DNA from: Planctomycetota bacterium
GTDB taxonomy: Bacteria > Planctomycetota > B15-G4 > SIAN01
Direction of reading: 5' to 3'
Length of the DNA: 64,000 bases
Assembly: GCA_031409275.1 (NCBI GenBank)
Contig: JANNXA010000055.1
Span: forward strand, 256,001 to 320,000
In this document: piece after piece, positions 9,824-22,706 of the stretch
How positions within the stretch are numbered: the stretch's first letter is position 1
How the letters are laid out: each line of letters starts with the position of its first letter
Notes under the pieces: generated by a model
What the model was told of the DNA's origin: nothing
Database searches by the model: none
The model's input: only the letters and a program-made list of their open reading frames with translations
Program-made: the position numbers and the translations under genes

Positions 9824-11613
9824 GGCTTGCCGTCCCATCGCAGCTGCCCCTGCTCGATCGAGATACCGGCGCCGTGCAAGGTCGCCTGCAGTCCCGGCAG
9901 CACCGGCAGGTGGTCGAGGATCATCCGCAGCGTCGCCGGGTCGCGGCGTTCGAGCGCGAGCAGCTTCATGCGCGCCGTTGCGGGATCGGCGGCGTCGGCG
10001 GCGAGCAGCGCGCCGAGGAACTGCGCGAAGGGATCGTCGGCGAGCTCCGGCGCCATACGCAGCGCCGCTTCGACGATCTCGCGCACGATCGCCCAATCGG
10101 CGTGCGGAACCTCCGGTCGCGTCCCGATCTGGTTGGTGTAGGCGCGCGCCTGCGCGAGCAGCTGCTGCCCGCTCTGCGCCTCCGAGACACCGAGCTCGCC
10201 GCACCACGCCGCGAAACGCTCGGCGTCGCCGCCGGCAGGCTCGCGCGCCGCGTCGAATGCGGTCAGCGGGGCGATGAGGCCGCCGTCACGCACCGCCGCG
10301 AGGAGGGCGTCAGCGATCAGCCAATGGCCGCGCAGGCGCGGATGGCAATAGTCATAGAACAGGTCGAACCCGGCCACGCCGTGCACGGACACCGCGTCGA
10401 AGAGCGGCTGCAGTGGCACCACATCGACTCCCCGTCCCACCGCGAGCTCCCGCAGCGCGGCGATCAGGTCGGGCGACGCCCGCTCGGGCAGGTCGTCGAG
10501 CGCCAGCGATCGCTCGAACGCGGCGTGCGCGAGACCACGCTGGCCGAGCTGCAGCAGCAATCGCGCGCGCCGGTAGTGGAGGATCGCGGCGTCGGGTTCG
10601 AGCGCGAGCGCCGCGTCGACCTCGGCGAGAGCGGCGGCCGCCGCCGTGCGCGCTGCGACGGATGCAGTCGCAGCGGTCAGGTCCTGAAGCGCGCCCGACT
10701 CGTAGTCGCGCCCCGCCGTTTCGACGCGCGCGAGGCGCGACGCGGCGCCGTCGCCCGGCTGGAGGATCGAGTAGCGCGGCCGCGTGTCGGCAACGTTGGA
10801 AGCGGGCAGGCAGACGATCGTCCGGATGCGAAGGTCATTCGCAGCCGCCAGCAGCGCGTGCACGCCTTCGCAGAAGAGCCGGCACGCGAAGGTGCGCTGC
10901 TCCGTGGTCAGGAAGCGCCCCACCGCGATGGCCGGCGGTGCCAGCGGTGCATCGCGCGGCGGCCCGAGCAATCGCTGCAGCAGGCGGCTGCGAGCCAGTC
11001 GCGCGACACCCGGCGCCATCACGCCCAGCAGATTCGGCTTCTTCAGCTCGTTGTGGCCGACGTAGAGGATCAGCAGGTCGGGGGCGAATTGGCGCAGCTC
11101 GCTCGCAAGCGTCAGCCAGTCGTGGCTGTCGTAGCCGTTCTTGCCACAGTTCACGACCTCGACGCTCGGACCGCCCTCTCCTAGCTGCCTTCGAAGGCGC
11201 TCCTCGAGGAAGCGGGAGTAGGAGATGTTGGGCGCATACCCGGCACCGAACGTCGTCGACTCGCCGATCGAGAGGATGCGAAAGGCCGCCGGCGCCTTCT
11301 CGCGCGTCATCGCGTAGCGGCCGACGTCCGGCTCGCCATGGCGCACCGCCGCCGCGGGATCGATGGCGTAGAGGACGTGGCCGGCCGCGTCCGTTCGCGG
11401 CCGCCCCGGATCGCGCGGGTCTTCGAGCGGCACGAAATGGGGCGGCGGGCCGGGCAGCGGCCACGCCCCCGATCGATCCACCAGCACCAGCGTCGCCAGG
11501 CCGATCAGCAACGCCGCAAGCGCGCCGCACACCGCGAGCAGCAGTCGCGCTCCGAATCCACGGAGTGACGCGCGCGACGAGGGAGGACTCCCTGTGGCCG
11601 AGCTCTCCGTCAC
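9820..11613 (-). CDS. Membrane-anchored SGNH/GDSL hydrolase with TPR repeat
   Basis: N-terminal TM, SIGEST, VVNCG, YVGHNE, TPR-like ALALEPDAAILHYRRARLL, DYCHP. Confidence 0.78.
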   Translation of the reverse strand: MTESSATGSPPSSRASLRGFGARLLLAVCGALAALLIGLATLVLVDRSGAWPLPGPPPHFVPLEDPRDPGRPRTDAAGHVLYAIDPAAAVRHGEPDVGRYAMTREKAPAAFRILSIGESTTFGAGYAPNISYSRFLEERLRRQLGEGGPSVEVVNCGKNGYDSHDWLTLASELRQFAPDLLILYVGHNELKKPNLLGVMAPGVARLARSRLLQRLLGPPRDAPLAPPAIAVGRFLTTEQRTFACRLFCEGVHALLAAANDLRIRTIVCLPASNVADTRPRYSILQPGDGAASRLARVETAGRDYESGALQDLTAATASVAARTAAAAALAEVDAALALEPDAAILHYRRARLLLQLGQRGLAHAAFERSLALDDLPERASPDLIAALRELAVGRGVDVVPLQPLFDAVSVHGVAGFDLFYDYCHPRLRGHWLIADALLAAVRDGGLIAPLTAFDAAREPAGGDAERFAAWCGELGVSEAQSGQQLLAQARAYTNQIGTRPEVPHADWAIVREIVEAALRMAPELADDPFAQFLGALLAADAADPATARMKLLALERRDPATLRMILDHLPVLPGLQATLHGAGISIEQGQLRWDGKP

Positions 11614-11638
11614 GCCGCCCCTCCGTTTCAGGCTCCGC

Positions 11639-13489
11639 TCAGTTCGATGGCGTCACCTTGAGCAACTTCATCTGCGCCATGCCGAGCAGCGAGTTGGTCA
11701 ACATGTAGAGCGACTGTCCGGCGGCGTACTTGTAGAGCATGACGCCGAACAGGATCGGGAAGAAGTTCATCATCTTCTGCATCTGCGCCTGCTGCGGGTC
11801 GGACGGCTTGGGCATCATCCGATTCTGCAGGAGCCACGCGACGACCATCAGGATCGGCAGCAAGTGGAGCTGGCCGATGAGCGGCAGCTCGAACGGCAAC
11901 GGCACCACGTCGGGAGCCGAGAGATCGCTGATCCAGCTGACGAACGGCTGGTGCCGCAGCGGTGGCGCGCTCGACATGATCTGGAAGAGGCCGTACCACA
12001 CCGGCATCTGCAGGAACAGGATCAGGCAACCGAAGATCGGCGGGCGGACGCCGTGCTCGCGCATCAGCGCCTGCTGCTCGGCGTTGAGCTTCTGCATGTT
12101 GCCCTTGTGCCGCTTCTTCAGCTCCTCGATCTGCGGCTGCAACAGCTTCATCTTCTTCTGGAACTGCTCCATCGTCTTGCTCTGCAGGCGATTGAGCGGG
12201 AAGAGCAGCACCTTCACCGTCAACGTCAGCAGGATGATCGCGACGCCCCAGTTGCCGGTGAAGCGCTCGAGCAGCGTCATCCACCCGAGCAGCAGGCGAT
12301 TGATGAAACGGAACGTCTTGCCGCCGTACTCGACTTCGTAGAGCAGCCGAAACGAGTCGAAGGCGGGACCTTCCATGACGGCCGGCGTACGCGGGCCAGC
12401 GAACGCCGTGAAGTGCAGCGCGAGCGGCGCAGCGCCAGCGGCCGGGAACGGAACCTTGAGGAACGACTCGGCGCGCACGTTCGTACGCGACTCCTCGTGC
12501 AGCGAACGGCTCTCGTCGGCCGTGAGCTCGGCGCGGCCGGCCAGCTTCTTTGCCCGCTCCTGTTCGAAGCGGTACGGATCGTCGAGCGCGGCGCAGGTCA
12601 CGCTGTCGACGTAGCCCGCGGTCGCGGCGTCCGGTGCGATCACGAAACCGAAGAAGTTGCTGCTGGCGCCGAAGAACGGCAGCAGCTCTTCCCGCTTGAA
12701 GCCGCGCGACTGCGGCCCGTCCTTCAGCGACTTCGCATCGATCAACTGGAGGTCGGACGAGTTCTCGCTGGTGACGACCACGGCCGGCGGCTTGGCGAAC
12801 GGCGAATTGCGCTCGTCCCAGATGCCGCCCGGCGCGATGAAGCCGTACGAGGCGGTGCCTTGCGACAACTCCGGGCGATCGCTGGCGAACCGGAGTTCGA
12901 CGTCGAACAGGTAGCTCGAGCGGCGGAAGGTGAAGCACTTCTCGAAGCGGCGACCGGCACCGTCGGCGAGGCGGAACGTCAGCGACTCGCCGCCGTTCAC
13001 GTCGGCGCGCTCGAACGACCAGTTCGACTGGTCAAGCGCCAGCGCCGCGCCGTTGGCAGCGCGGGCATTGTGGGCCAGCCGGAACGTCGCGCCCGAAGGA
13101 TCATGCGGCGCGATCAGCGGCAGCCAACGCGACGGATCGGCGCGCTTCTCGGCATCGGCGCCGTCGCCCGGCGAACGGAAGTACTCCTTCAGCAGGAGTT
13201 CGACGAGGACGGCTCCTTGATTCGAGAAGCGCGCGCGGAAGAGATCGGTGTTGACGACGATCTGGTCATCGAGCGCGACTCCGCTAGTCAGCGGAAACTG
13301 CGTTTCACCCTCGACGGCGACCGGCAGCGGCTCGCCCGCGGGCGGCGCGGCCACCACCGACGTCGGCACCTCGGCCGGCGGCTCCTTCGCCTTCTGGCAC
13401 GAGCGGAACGAGAAGAAGGCCGCCATGAAGATGATGAAGACGACGAACGCCGAAACCGGACGACGATCGCTTGGCTGATTCGGGTCCAT
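11639..13489 (-). CDS. yidC: Membrane protein insertase YidC
   Basis: N-terminal TM, periplasmic domain, GNWGVAIILLT..LLFPL, GCLILFLQMPV, WISDLSAPD, LYMLTNSLL. Confidence 0.95.
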   Translation of the reverse strand: MDPNQPSDRRPVSAFVVFIIFMAAFFSFRSCQKAKEPPAEVPTSVVAAPPAGEPLPVAVEGETQFPLTSGVALDDQIVVNTDLFRARFSNQGAVLVELLLKEYFRSPGDGADAEKRADPSRWLPLIAPHDPSGATFRLAHNARAANGAALALDQSNWSFERADVNGGESLTFRLADGAGRRFEKCFTFRRSSYLFDVELRFASDRPELSQGTASYGFIAPGGIWDERNSPFAKPPAVVVTSENSSDLQLIDAKSLKDGPQSRGFKREELLPFFGASSNFFGFVIAPDAATAGYVDSVTCAALDDPYRFEQERAKKLAGRAELTADESRSLHEESRTNVRAESFLKVPFPAAGAAPLALHFTAFAGPRTPAVMEGPAFDSFRLLYEVEYGGKTFRFINRLLLGWMTLLERFTGNWGVAIILLTLTVKVLLFPLNRLQSKTMEQFQKKMKLLQPQIEELKKRHKGNMQKLNAEQQALMREHGVRPPIFGCLILFLQMPVWYGLFQIMSSAPPLRHQPFVSWISDLSAPDVVPLPFELPLIGQLHLLPILMVVAWLLQNRMMPKPSDPQQAQMQKMMNFFPILFGVMLYKYAAGQSLYMLTNSLLGMAQMKLLKVTPSN

Positions 13490-13528
13490 GGAACCTTTCG
13501 TTTGCGGTCCGGAGCGACGGAAGTCGAC

Positions 13529-14281
13529 TCAACGGCCTTCTTGCAGGCGAGCCGCGAGGTAGCGCGGCAGGACGCCTGTATCGAGGATCTTCTTCTGAGT
13601 GGCGCGGTAGTCGTATTCGACGCGGTGGAACCAGACGGTCTCGCCATCGAACGTCGCGTAGGAGGCGCGCGTGTCGCCGTCGCGCGGCTGCCCCACCGAG
13701 CCGACGTTGATCAGCGCCTTGCCTTGCGCGCGCCGATAGCCGTCGGGAAATCGCGAAGGGACGAGGAACGCGGGCGACTCGGTGTAGACGCCCGGCACGT
13801 GCGAGTGGCCGACGAAGCAGAAGTCGCAGCGCATCCGCTCGAAGACCTCACGCATCTTCGGCAGGTCCTGCGCATCGCGCGGCAGCATGTACTCGCGAAC
13901 CGGATCGCGCGGCGAGCCGTGCACCAGCAGGGCGTTGTCGATCTGGTGCGACGTCGGCATCGCGCCGATCAGTGCCCACAGCTCGTAGTTCTCCTCCGGC
14001 GGATGTTCCTTGGCGTTCAACTGCTCGCGCGTCCACTCCAGGGCGATTCGAGCCCGCTCGTTGAAATCCTCGGGGTGGTACATGCACGCTTCCTCGTGGT
14101 TGCCGAGGAGCGTGACCTCCCATTCCTTGACGCGCTTCAGCGTGACGCGCGGCTGCGGGCCGTAGCCGATGACATCGCCGAGGCAGACGATGCGCTCGAC
14201 TTTGCGCCGTTCGATGTCGGCAAGAACCGCTTCGAGCGCTTCGACGTTCGAATGGATGTCGGAGATGATCGCCCGGAGCAT
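13529..14281 (-). CDS. Calcineurin-like metallophosphoesterase
   Basis: ISDIHSN, LGDVIGYG, GNHE, VHGSP, GHSH, NVGSVGQPRDGD. Confidence 0.92.
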   Translation of the reverse strand: MLRAIISDIHSNVEALEAVLADIERRKVERIVCLGDVIGYGPQPRVTLKRVKEWEVTLLGNHEEACMYHPEDFNERARIALEWTREQLNAKEHPPEENYELWALIGAMPTSHQIDNALLVHGSPRDPVREYMLPRDAQDLPKMREVFERMRCDFCFVGHSHVPGVYTESPAFLVPSRFPDGYRRAQGKALINVGSVGQPRDGDTRASYATFDGETVWFHRVEYDYRATQKKILDTGVLPRYLAARLQEGR

Positions 14282-14379
14282 GGTTCGGCAAGTCGCCTAG
14301 CGGGAGAGCTTGGACAGCGGAGTCCCGGAACGCGGGGCGACACGGTAGCCGGCGCGCGGGCTCCTCGCCATGCGACGGG

Positions 14380-14643
14380 TCACGTCGACCCGGCCAACGC
14401 TAGCGGCAGCGCTTCCTCGACCAGCATGATCGGAAAGCCATCGCGCACCGGATAGCCGAACTTGCCGTCGGCGCGCACGAGCACGCCTTCGATGCGCTGT
14501 TCGACCTTCTGGCCGCCGCGGTTCTGCAGCGCCCCGCGCTCGATGAGCGCGTTCAATCGCGCCACCAGGTCGTTCGACCCGAGCGCCACGGCCTCTTTGG
14601 TTTCGGGACAGGCCAGGATGTCGAGCAGTTCGCGGTCGAGCAT
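14380..14643 (-). CDS. Trm112-like small protein
   Basis: MLDRELLDILACPETK...YPVRDGFPIMLVEEA. Confidence 0.85.
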   Translation of the reverse strand: MLDRELLDILACPETKEAVALGSNDLVARLNALIERGALQNRGGQKVEQRIEGVLVRADGKFGYPVRDGFPIMLVEEALPLALAGST

Positions 14644-14714
14644 CGGATCGATCTCCCGGCGCACCTTACCCGCACGCGCCGCTCGTCGGGTGGTCCCGTT
14701 TCGCGCGCCACGAT

Positions 14715-15413
14715 TCATGGCAGCCACCCTTCGTCGCGAAAGCTGCGGTAGCCGTCGGCGGCGACGACGACGTGATCGAGCAACCGGATCCCGACGACAT
14801 TCCCAGCTTCGGCGAGCCGCGCCGTGACCTGATGGTCCTCGACGCTTGGCGTCGGATCGCCGCTCGGGTGGTTGTGGACGAGGATCACCGCCGCCGCCGC
14901 GAGCCCGATCGCGGGGCGAAAGACCTCGCGCGGGTGGATCACCGATGACATGAGCGAGCCGACGGAGACACAGCGCTCCCCGAGCAGCCGACTGCGCGCA
15001 TCGACCAGCAACACGTGGACGCGCTCGCGCCGTTCGGCACCCAGATCCCGGCGCATCAACGCGTCCACCTTCGCCGCCGCGTCGAGGACGACGCCACCGC
15101 GCGCCGGCGCACGCGCCAACCGCCGCGCGATCTCGACCACCGCCGCGATCCGGCACGCGCCCGCCGCTCCGACACCGGGGACGATGCGAAGTTCAGCGAG
15201 CCCGAGGTCCGACAACCCATCGAGGCGCCCTCCGGCGCGCAGCAGGTCTTCCGCGACGGCGAGCACGGAGCGTCGCCGCGTGGCGCAACCGAGGACGGCG
15301 GCGAGCAGCTCGCGATCGGTCAGCCCTTCGGCACCGAGCAGGCGCAGCTTCTCGCGCGGCCGCAGATGCGGCGGCAGCGAGTCGATCGTCGGAAGGGGCA
15401 GCGAGTCGTCCAT
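14715..15413 (-). CDS. radC: RadC/UPF0758 JAB-domain protein
   Basis: RPREKL..G..LTDRELLA, HhH VPGVG, HPREVF, JAB motif HNHPSGDPTPSVED..LLDH. Confidence 0.92.
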   Translation of the reverse strand: MDDSLPLPTIDSLPPHLRPREKLRLLGAEGLTDRELLAAVLGCATRRRSVLAVAEDLLRAGGRLDGLSDLGLAELRIVPGVGAAGACRIAAVVEIARRLARAPARGGVVLDAAAKVDALMRRDLGAERRERVHVLLVDARSRLLGERCVSVGSLMSSVIHPREVFRPAIGLAAAAVILVHNHPSGDPTPSVEDHQVTARLAEAGNVVGIRLLDHVVVAADGYRSFRDEGWLP

Positions 15414-15485
15414 GGCAGCGTGAAGACGCCGTTGCCGAGTCGCGGTGACGCATCGTCCGCGCAGCGGACACGATTCCGCGAGTCC

Positions 15486-16706
15486 TCAGTCGAGCAGCAG
15501 CGCGTCCCCGATGCAGGCGCGGTCGGCGACGTCTTCACCGGAGCCGAAGTCAGCCACCAGCGTCAACACCTTGCCGCCGCTGACGTCGAGCGCCTCGATG
15601 CGCTGCGGTTCGTCGCCGCCCCGCAGCAGGCGGCTCTTCCACCGTTCCACCCCATCCACGAGGACGCGGAACTCGACGGCGCCGCGCTCGGGCAGCGACA
15701 ACACCTCATCGCACAGCCCGACCGTCGCCACGAATCGGCGCGACGCAGGCGAGAGCGCGAAGCTGAGCTCGCATCGCGAATGGCAGCCGAACCCCTTGCC
15801 GAAACGGTGGCCCGCGGACCGGAGCGGGAGCCCCGTCACGCTGCGATCGCGCCGCCATGGGAAGAAGAAATCGCCGGGCCCGCCGAGGTAAGGGGTCTCG
15901 ACGACCTTGGACGGCTCGAGATCGGAGAGCCAGCGCCAACCGGGCGCGCGCAGGCGAATGGCTGCGACGGCGGCGCGCGGCAGTGCGACCTCCCGTTCGC
16001 CCGAAAGCGGCCGCAGCACGAGCTCCGACCCGCTCAGGCGGACGAGCTCGCCGATCAGCGTCCCATCCGGCAGCAAGTCCGCTTCCACCACCCGTCCCCG
16101 CGGCAGTCGCGGCGCAACCTGCTGCTCGAGGACGATCGCTTCGACCTCGCTCCAGGCGAAGTCGGCGGTGCCAAGGGAGTACTCGAAGCGGACGCCGCTC
16201 GCCGCGAAGGAAACGACCGTTCCGCGCGTGTGATCGCCGCCGACCTCGAGACGACGATGCAGCGTGTCGCCGTCGTGGTTGACCGCGAACGCCGCGACCT
16301 CGAGTTCGGAGTGACGCGGCCCGGCGAACACCGCGCGCACCGCGTCGAGCGGCAGCGCAAGTGTGCCACCCACCGCGAGCTCGAACTGCACCTGTTCGTC
16401 GTCGCCGCCCACGACCTTTCCGAACAGCCGACTGCCGTCATGCAGCCGCAGGGTCATCGCGTCGGCGACGGCGCGTCCGATCGCACCGGGAAAGGTGACC
16501 TCCACCAGATCGTCGAGGGCGACGCGATCGGCACCACCGTCGGCGCCGCTGACCGTCGCGTCGCCATCGGCGGCGAAGGCGACGGTGCTCGCGAGTCGTC
16601 GGCTGCCATCGCGCAGCTGCAACTCGCAAGCGTCGACCACGCCTTCGTGGGGTGAGGCAAAGACACCGGCGGCGCACAGGGCGACGAAGCTCGGGATGGC
16701 AATCAT
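15486..16706 (-). CDS. Secreted NPCBM/NEW2 domain protein
   Basis: Signal-like start [15 protein letters not shown]-terminal [47 protein letters not shown]. Confidence 0.75.
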   Translation of the reverse strand: MIAIPSFVALCAAGVFASPHEGVVDACELQLRDGSRRLASTVAFAADGDATVSGADGGADRVALDDLVEVTFPGAIGRAVADAMTLRLHDGSRLFGKVVGGDDEQVQFELAVGGTLALPLDAVRAVFAGPRHSELEVAAFAVNHDGDTLHRRLEVGGDHTRGTVVSFAASGVRFEYSLGTADFAWSEVEAIVLEQQVAPRLPRGRVVEADLLPDGTLIGELVRLSGSELVLRPLSGEREVALPRAAVAAIRLRAPGWRWLSDLEPSKVVETPYLGGPGDFFFPWRRDRSVTGLPLRSAGHRFGKGFGCHSRCELSFALSPASRRFVATVGLCDEVLSLPERGAVEFRVLVDGVERWKSRLLRGGDEPQRIEALDVSGGKVLTLVADFGSGEDVADRACIGDALLLD

Positions 16707-17022
16707 GGCGCGATTGTACGGAGGCCAGTTCCCCGGTGATCGGCGCCAAATTGTCAACGCGGTCGTGGGCCGATCGCAGCCTCGACGACAAAGTGGCGCA
16801 CCCTGCTCGCTGAATGCGCCGTTAGCCGAGGCACTCGGTTTGCCTTCGGCCCCTCGGCTCGACAGCGCCCGCCGCGGGCGCCGCGTTCGATGCGACGTCG
16901 CCGCTCGGCGAGGCGATCGACCCGACCTGGGCTCGGTCGCAGAGTCGGACCGCACCCTTGACCTGCTGATTGGACCAGCTGAGTTCACCCGCTGGCGCAA
17001 AGACGAAGGAGAGCACTCGGAA

Positions 17023-18660
<1,638 letters not shown>

Positions 18661-18751
18661 GATCGCGGCGCGCCGCGACGTCCCGCTGATTTCATCCCGA
18701 AGACATCTACACACGAGGCCGCTGGCCTCGACAGCCCGGAGGCAGTGAGCA

Positions 18752-19048
18752 ATGGCGAAGTTCAAGCCCCTCGACGATCGGATCGTGGTGCAGGTCCTCG
18801 ATGCCGAGGAACGCACCGCTGGCGGCATCCTGCTGCCAGACGCGGCGAAGGAGAAGCCGCAGCGTGGCACCGTCACCGCAGTCGGCCCGGGCCGGATGCT
18901 GAAGAGCGGCGCGCGCGCGCCGGTCGCCGTGAAGAAGGGCGATCTGGTGATGTTCGGCAAGTACGCCGGCACCGACGTCGCCGTCGGCGGCGAAGAGTTC
19001 AAGATCCTGAAGGAGACCGAGGTGCTCGCGCGCCTCGAGACGGCGTGA
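18752..19048 (+). CDS. groS: Co-chaperonin GroES
   Basis: KPLDDRIVV, TAGGILLPDAAKEKPQRG.V.AVGPG, FGKYAGT. Confidence 0.97.
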   Translation: MAKFKPLDDRIVVQVLDAEERTAGGILLPDAAKEKPQRGTVTAVGPGRMLKSGARAPVAVKKGDLVMFGKYAGTDVAVGGEEFKILKETEVLARLETA

Positions 19049-19166
19049 CGCTCGCCGCGCGCTGCGCGCGGCATGACCGCTAGGCGGTCCCCGCCGCGCC
19101 GCAGCAGACGCCTCCCACTTTCCGCCGGCCGCCCCAAGCGGCCCAACCAAGGACCACGGAACCAAC

Positions 19167-20771
19167 ATGGCGAAGCAGATCCTCTACGACGATGACGCGC
19201 GCCGGAAGATGCGCGATGGCGTGCACGCGCTTGCGCGCGCGGTGAAGGTCACCTTCGGGCCGGCCGGCCACACGGTGATCTTGAAGAAGTCCTACGGTGG
19301 CCCCACCGTCACCAAGGACGGCGTCACTGTCGCCAAGGAAGTCGAACTCGAAGATCCGTTCGAGAACATGGGCGCCAAGCTCGTGATCGAAGTCGCCAAG
19401 AAGACCGGCGACGCGGCGGGCGACGGGACGACCACGGCGACCATCCTCGCCGAGTCGATCTTCTCGGAAGGGCTGCGCTTCCTGTCGGCGGGCGTCAACC
19501 CGACCGTGCTGAAGCGCGGCATCGACAAGTCGGTCGACGCCGTCGTCGCCGAGCTGAACGGCATGGCGAAGAAGGTGAAGGGTCGCGACGAGATCCAGCA
19601 GGTAGCGACCATCGCCGCCAACGGCGATGCGCAGATCGGCGAGATCCTCGCCACCGCCATGGATCGCGTCGGCCAGGACGGGGTGATCACGGTCGAAGAG
19701 AGCAAGTCGACCGAAACGTCGGTCGAACTCGTCGAGGGGCTGCGTTTCGACAAGGGCTACCTCTCGCCCTACTTCATCACCAACGTGCAGGCGATGACGT
19801 GCGAGATCGAGAATCCGCTGCTCCTCATCCACGAGGCGAAGATCTCGAACCTGCGCTCGCTGTTGCCGCTGCTCGAGCAGATCGCGCAGGCGGCGCGCCC
19901 GCTCGTCATCATCGCCGAGGACGTCTCGGCCGAGGCGCTCGCCGCGCTGGTCGTCAATCGCCTGCGCGGAACGCTGCAGTGCGTGGCGGTCAAGGCGCCG
20001 GGCTTCGGTGATCGTCGCAAGGCGATGCTGCAGGACCTCGCGATCCTGACCGGCGGCACCTTCGTCAGCGAGGATCTCGGCAAGAAGCTCGAATCCCTGC
20101 TGCTGTCCGACCTCGGCGCGTGCAAGCGCATCGTGGTGGACAAGGACAACACGACGATCGTCGAAGGCGCCGGCAAGAAGGCTGCGATCAAGGAGCGCGT
20201 CGAGCAGATCCGCGCCCAGATCGAGCAGACCACCTCCGACTACGACAAGGAGAAGCTGCAGGAGCGGCTCGCCAAGATCGCGGGCGGAGTCGCCGTGGTG
20301 AAGGTCGGCGCGCCGACCGAAGCGGCCATGAAGGAGCGCAAGGATCGCGTCGAGGACGCGCTTGCGGCGACCAAGGCCGCGGTCGAAGAGGGCATCGTGG
20401 TCGGCGGCGGCGTGGCGCTGCTGCGCTGCCTTGCGGCTCTCGAGAACGTGAAGTTGAAGGGCGATGAGCAGTTCGGCCGCGAGATCATCGCGAAGGCGCT
20501 CGAGGCGCCGATCCGCCAGCTCGGCACCAACGCCGGCCTCGAAGGCAGCGTCGTGTCCGCCGAAGTGAAGTCGCGCAAGGGCAACTACGGCTTCAACGGC
20601 CTGACCTGCGAGTACGAAGATCTCGTCAAGGCGGGCGTCGTCGATCCGGTGAAGGTGGTTCGACTTGCGCTGCAGAACGCGGCGTCGGTCAGCGGCCTGA
20701 TGCTCACCACCGACACGCTCGTGACGGACCTGAAGGAGAGCAAGAAGGCGGTCGTCGGCAGCACGACCTGA
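19167..20771 (+). CDS. groL: Chaperonin GroEL (copy 2, no GGM tail)
   Basis: [39 protein letters not shown]. Confidence 0.97.
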   Translation: MAKQILYDDDARRKMRDGVHALARAVKVTFGPAGHTVILKKSYGGPTVTKDGVTVAKEVELEDPFENMGAKLVIEVAKKTGDAAGDGTTTATILAESIFSEGLRFLSAGVNPTVLKRGIDKSVDAVVAELNGMAKKVKGRDEIQQVATIAANGDAQIGEILATAMDRVGQDGVITVEESKSTETSVELVEGLRFDKGYLSPYFITNVQAMTCEIENPLLLIHEAKISNLRSLLPLLEQIAQAARPLVIIAEDVSAEALAALVVNRLRGTLQCVAVKAPGFGDRRKAMLQDLAILTGGTFVSEDLGKKLESLLLSDLGACKRIVVDKDNTTIVEGAGKKAAIKERVEQIRAQIEQTTSDYDKEKLQERLAKIAGGVAVVKVGAPTEAAMKERKDRVEDALAATKAAVEEGIVVGGGVALLRCLAALENVKLKGDEQFGREIIAKALEAPIRQLGTNAGLEGSVVSAEVKSRKGNYGFNGLTCEYEDLVKAGVVDPVKVVRLALQNAASVSGLMLTTDTLVTDLKESKKAVVGSTT

Positions 20772-20914
20772 CCGCCGGTCGGCGCCCGCCGCGCCGCCTC
20801 CCCGATACGGACTCGGATCAAGCTGTCACGCGGCCCCGCGAGATGCGCACCAGCGCCCTCGCGGGGCTGCACGCCAACCCGGAACTTTGACGCGCGCTCC
20901 TGCGGAAACGCTCG

Positions 20915-22081
20915 ATGTCGACTCCTCGCGACTACTACGAGATCCTCGGCGTCGCGCGCACCGCGACCGCCGACGAGATCAAGCGCTCGTTCCGCAAGCT
21001 CGCCTTGCAGTTCCATCCCGACCGCAACAAGGATGACCCCAAGGCGGAGGAGAAGTTCAAGGAAGCCGCCGAGGCGTACGAGATCCTCTCCGACGCCGAC
21101 AAGCGCAAGGTCTACGACCAGTACGGCCACGCCGGCGTCCGCCAGGGCGGGCATGCGCGCGGGTTCGGGAACTTCGAAGAGATCTTCCAGGCGTTCGGTG
21201 ACATCTTCGGCATGGGCGGCCGCGGTGGCGGCGGCGGCGGCGGTGGCTCGGTCTTCGACGAGTTCTTCGGCCAGTTCACCGGTGCCGCGAGCGGTCCGCG
21301 TCGGCAACGCGGCGCGACGCTCAAATGCCAACTCGACATCTCGCTCGAGGAAGCGGCGCGCGGCACCGAGCGAACCATCGAGGTGGCTCGCAACGAACAC
21401 TGCTCCGAGTGCAGCGGCAGCGGCGCGGCCGCCGGCAGCGCCCCCACCGCCTGCCCGACCTGCCGCGGCAAAGGCGTCGTCCATCAGTCGCAAGGCTTCT
21501 TCTCGATCCGCACGACCTGTGGCCGTTGCCAGGGCGAAGGCGAGATCCTCGAGCATCCGTGCCGCAAGTGCCGCGGCACCGGCACCGAGAAGTCGCGGCG
21601 CGAACTGAACGTCCGTCTCCCCGCTGGCGTCGACACGGGCACCCAGGTCCGTCTCGCCGGCGAAGGCGAACCGGGCGCGCGCGGCGGCCCGCGCGGCGAC
21701 CTCTACTGCATCGTCAACGTCAAACCTCACGCGCTCTTCCAGCGCGAAGGCGACGACCTCCACCTCGAAGTGCCGGTCAGCTTCTCGGGCCTGGTGCTCG
21801 GCACCAAGATCGAGGTGCCGACGCTCGGCGGACCCGCCACGCTGACGATCGCGCCACGCACGGCGGCCCACACCGTGATGCGGTTGCGCGGCAAGGGGAT
21901 TCCGAACTTGCGCGGTGGCGGGCCAGGCGACCTGCTGGTCCGCGTCACCGTGGACATGCCAAAGAAGGTCACCAAGCGGCAAGAAGAACTCCTGCGCGAA
22001 CTGCAGGGCATCGAGGACGAGAACGTGAGCCCCGAGCGCAAGAGCTTCCTCGGCAAGGTGAAGGAACTGTTCGGGTCGTGA
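20915..22081 (+). CDS. dnaJ: Chaperone DnaJ
   Basis: J domain with HPD, G/F region, four CxxCxGxG repeats. Confidence 0.97.
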   Translation: MSTPRDYYEILGVARTATADEIKRSFRKLALQFHPDRNKDDPKAEEKFKEAAEAYEILSDADKRKVYDQYGHAGVRQGGHARGFGNFEEIFQAFGDIFGMGGRGGGGGGGGSVFDEFFGQFTGAASGPRRQRGATLKCQLDISLEEAARGTERTIEVARNEHCSECSGSGAAAGSAPTACPTCRGKGVVHQSQGFFSIRTTCGRCQGEGEILEHPCRKCRGTGTEKSRRELNVRLPAGVDTGTQVRLAGEGEPGARGGPRGDLYCIVNVKPHALFQREGDDLHLEVPVSFSGLVLGTKIEVPTLGGPATLTIAPRTAAHTVMRLRGKGIPNLRGGGPGDLLVRVTVDMPKKVTKRQEELLRELQGIEDENVSPERKSFLGKVKELFGS

Positions 22082-22104
22082 CCGACCCGTCCGACGACGC
22101 CACT

Positions 22105-22701
22105 ATGAGCAAGAAACCCGCCACTCCCGACCCCGCCGAATCGGCGGAAGCCACGCCCGCGAACACCGCGGCCGGCGCGCCGCCCGTAGAGCAGAACGCC
22201 GGGTCGCCCGCCGACGTCGCCACCGAGATCGCTCGCCTCGAAAGCGAGGTGCGACAACTGAAGGAGCGACTGCTGCAGTCGCACGCGGACCTCGACAACC
22301 AGGCCAAGCGCTTCGGCCGCGAGCGACAGGTCGTTCGCGACGAGATCACGGCACGCGTCGCGCGCGAGATGATCGAGGTGCTCGACAACCTCGACCTCGT
22401 GCTGCAGTCGATGCCCGACAGCGAGCGTGCCACGCCGCTCGCGCAAGGCGTCTCGCTGACCCGCATCGTCTTCCTCGAGAAGCTTCGCGCTTTCGGCGTC
22501 GAGCCGATCGAGCCGATGAACCAGCCGTTCAACCCGTTCCACCACGAAGCGCTGTTCCAGGAAGAGCGCAGCGACGTGGCTCCTGGCACGGTCGTCGGCG
22601 AGATCAGTCGCGGCTACCGGATGGGCGCCCAGCTCGTCCGCGCCGCGAAGGTCCGAGTCGCCAAAGCACCGGCCGCTGCCGGCGGCGCTGAGGCGAGCTG
22701 A
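22105..22701 (+). CDS. grpE: Nucleotide exchange factor GrpE
   Basis: ADLDN..KR, EVLDNL, FNPFHHEAL, GY..G..LVRAAKVRV; alternative GTG start at 22078. Confidence 0.92.
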   Translation: MSKKPATPDPAESAEATPANTAAGAPPVEQNAGSPADVATEIARLESEVRQLKERLLQSHADLDNQAKRFGRERQVVRDEITARVAREMIEVLDNLDLVLQSMPDSERATPLAQGVSLTRIVFLEKLRAFGVEPIEPMNQPFNPFHHEALFQEERSDVAPGTVVGEISRGYRMGAQLVRAAKVRVAKAPAAAGGAEAS

Positions 22702-22706
22702 ACGCG

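Noticed and set aside
11594..14455. Long antisense or alternative-frame ORFs (for example 953 aa at 11594, 774 aa at 16822, 905 aa at 51886)
   Set aside because: Shadow ORFs typical of high-GC DNA, Arg/Ala/Pro-rich and overlapping well-supported genes
14715..15413. radC as a marker of an integrated element or defence island
   Set aside because: Full-length housekeeping-type RadC with HhH; no integrase, att sites or compositional shift
16800..17022. CIRCE or sigma54 site upstream of groEL
   Set aside because: GCACTC half-sites near 16831 and 17013 have no GAGTGC partner at N9; TGGCGC..TGC spacing is wrong for sigma54; only a GC-rich hairpin of unclear meaning remains
20881..20910. GGAACTT upstream of dnaJ as another ECF promoter
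   Set aside because: No TCnnA -10 at 16-bp spacing (it reads GGAAA)
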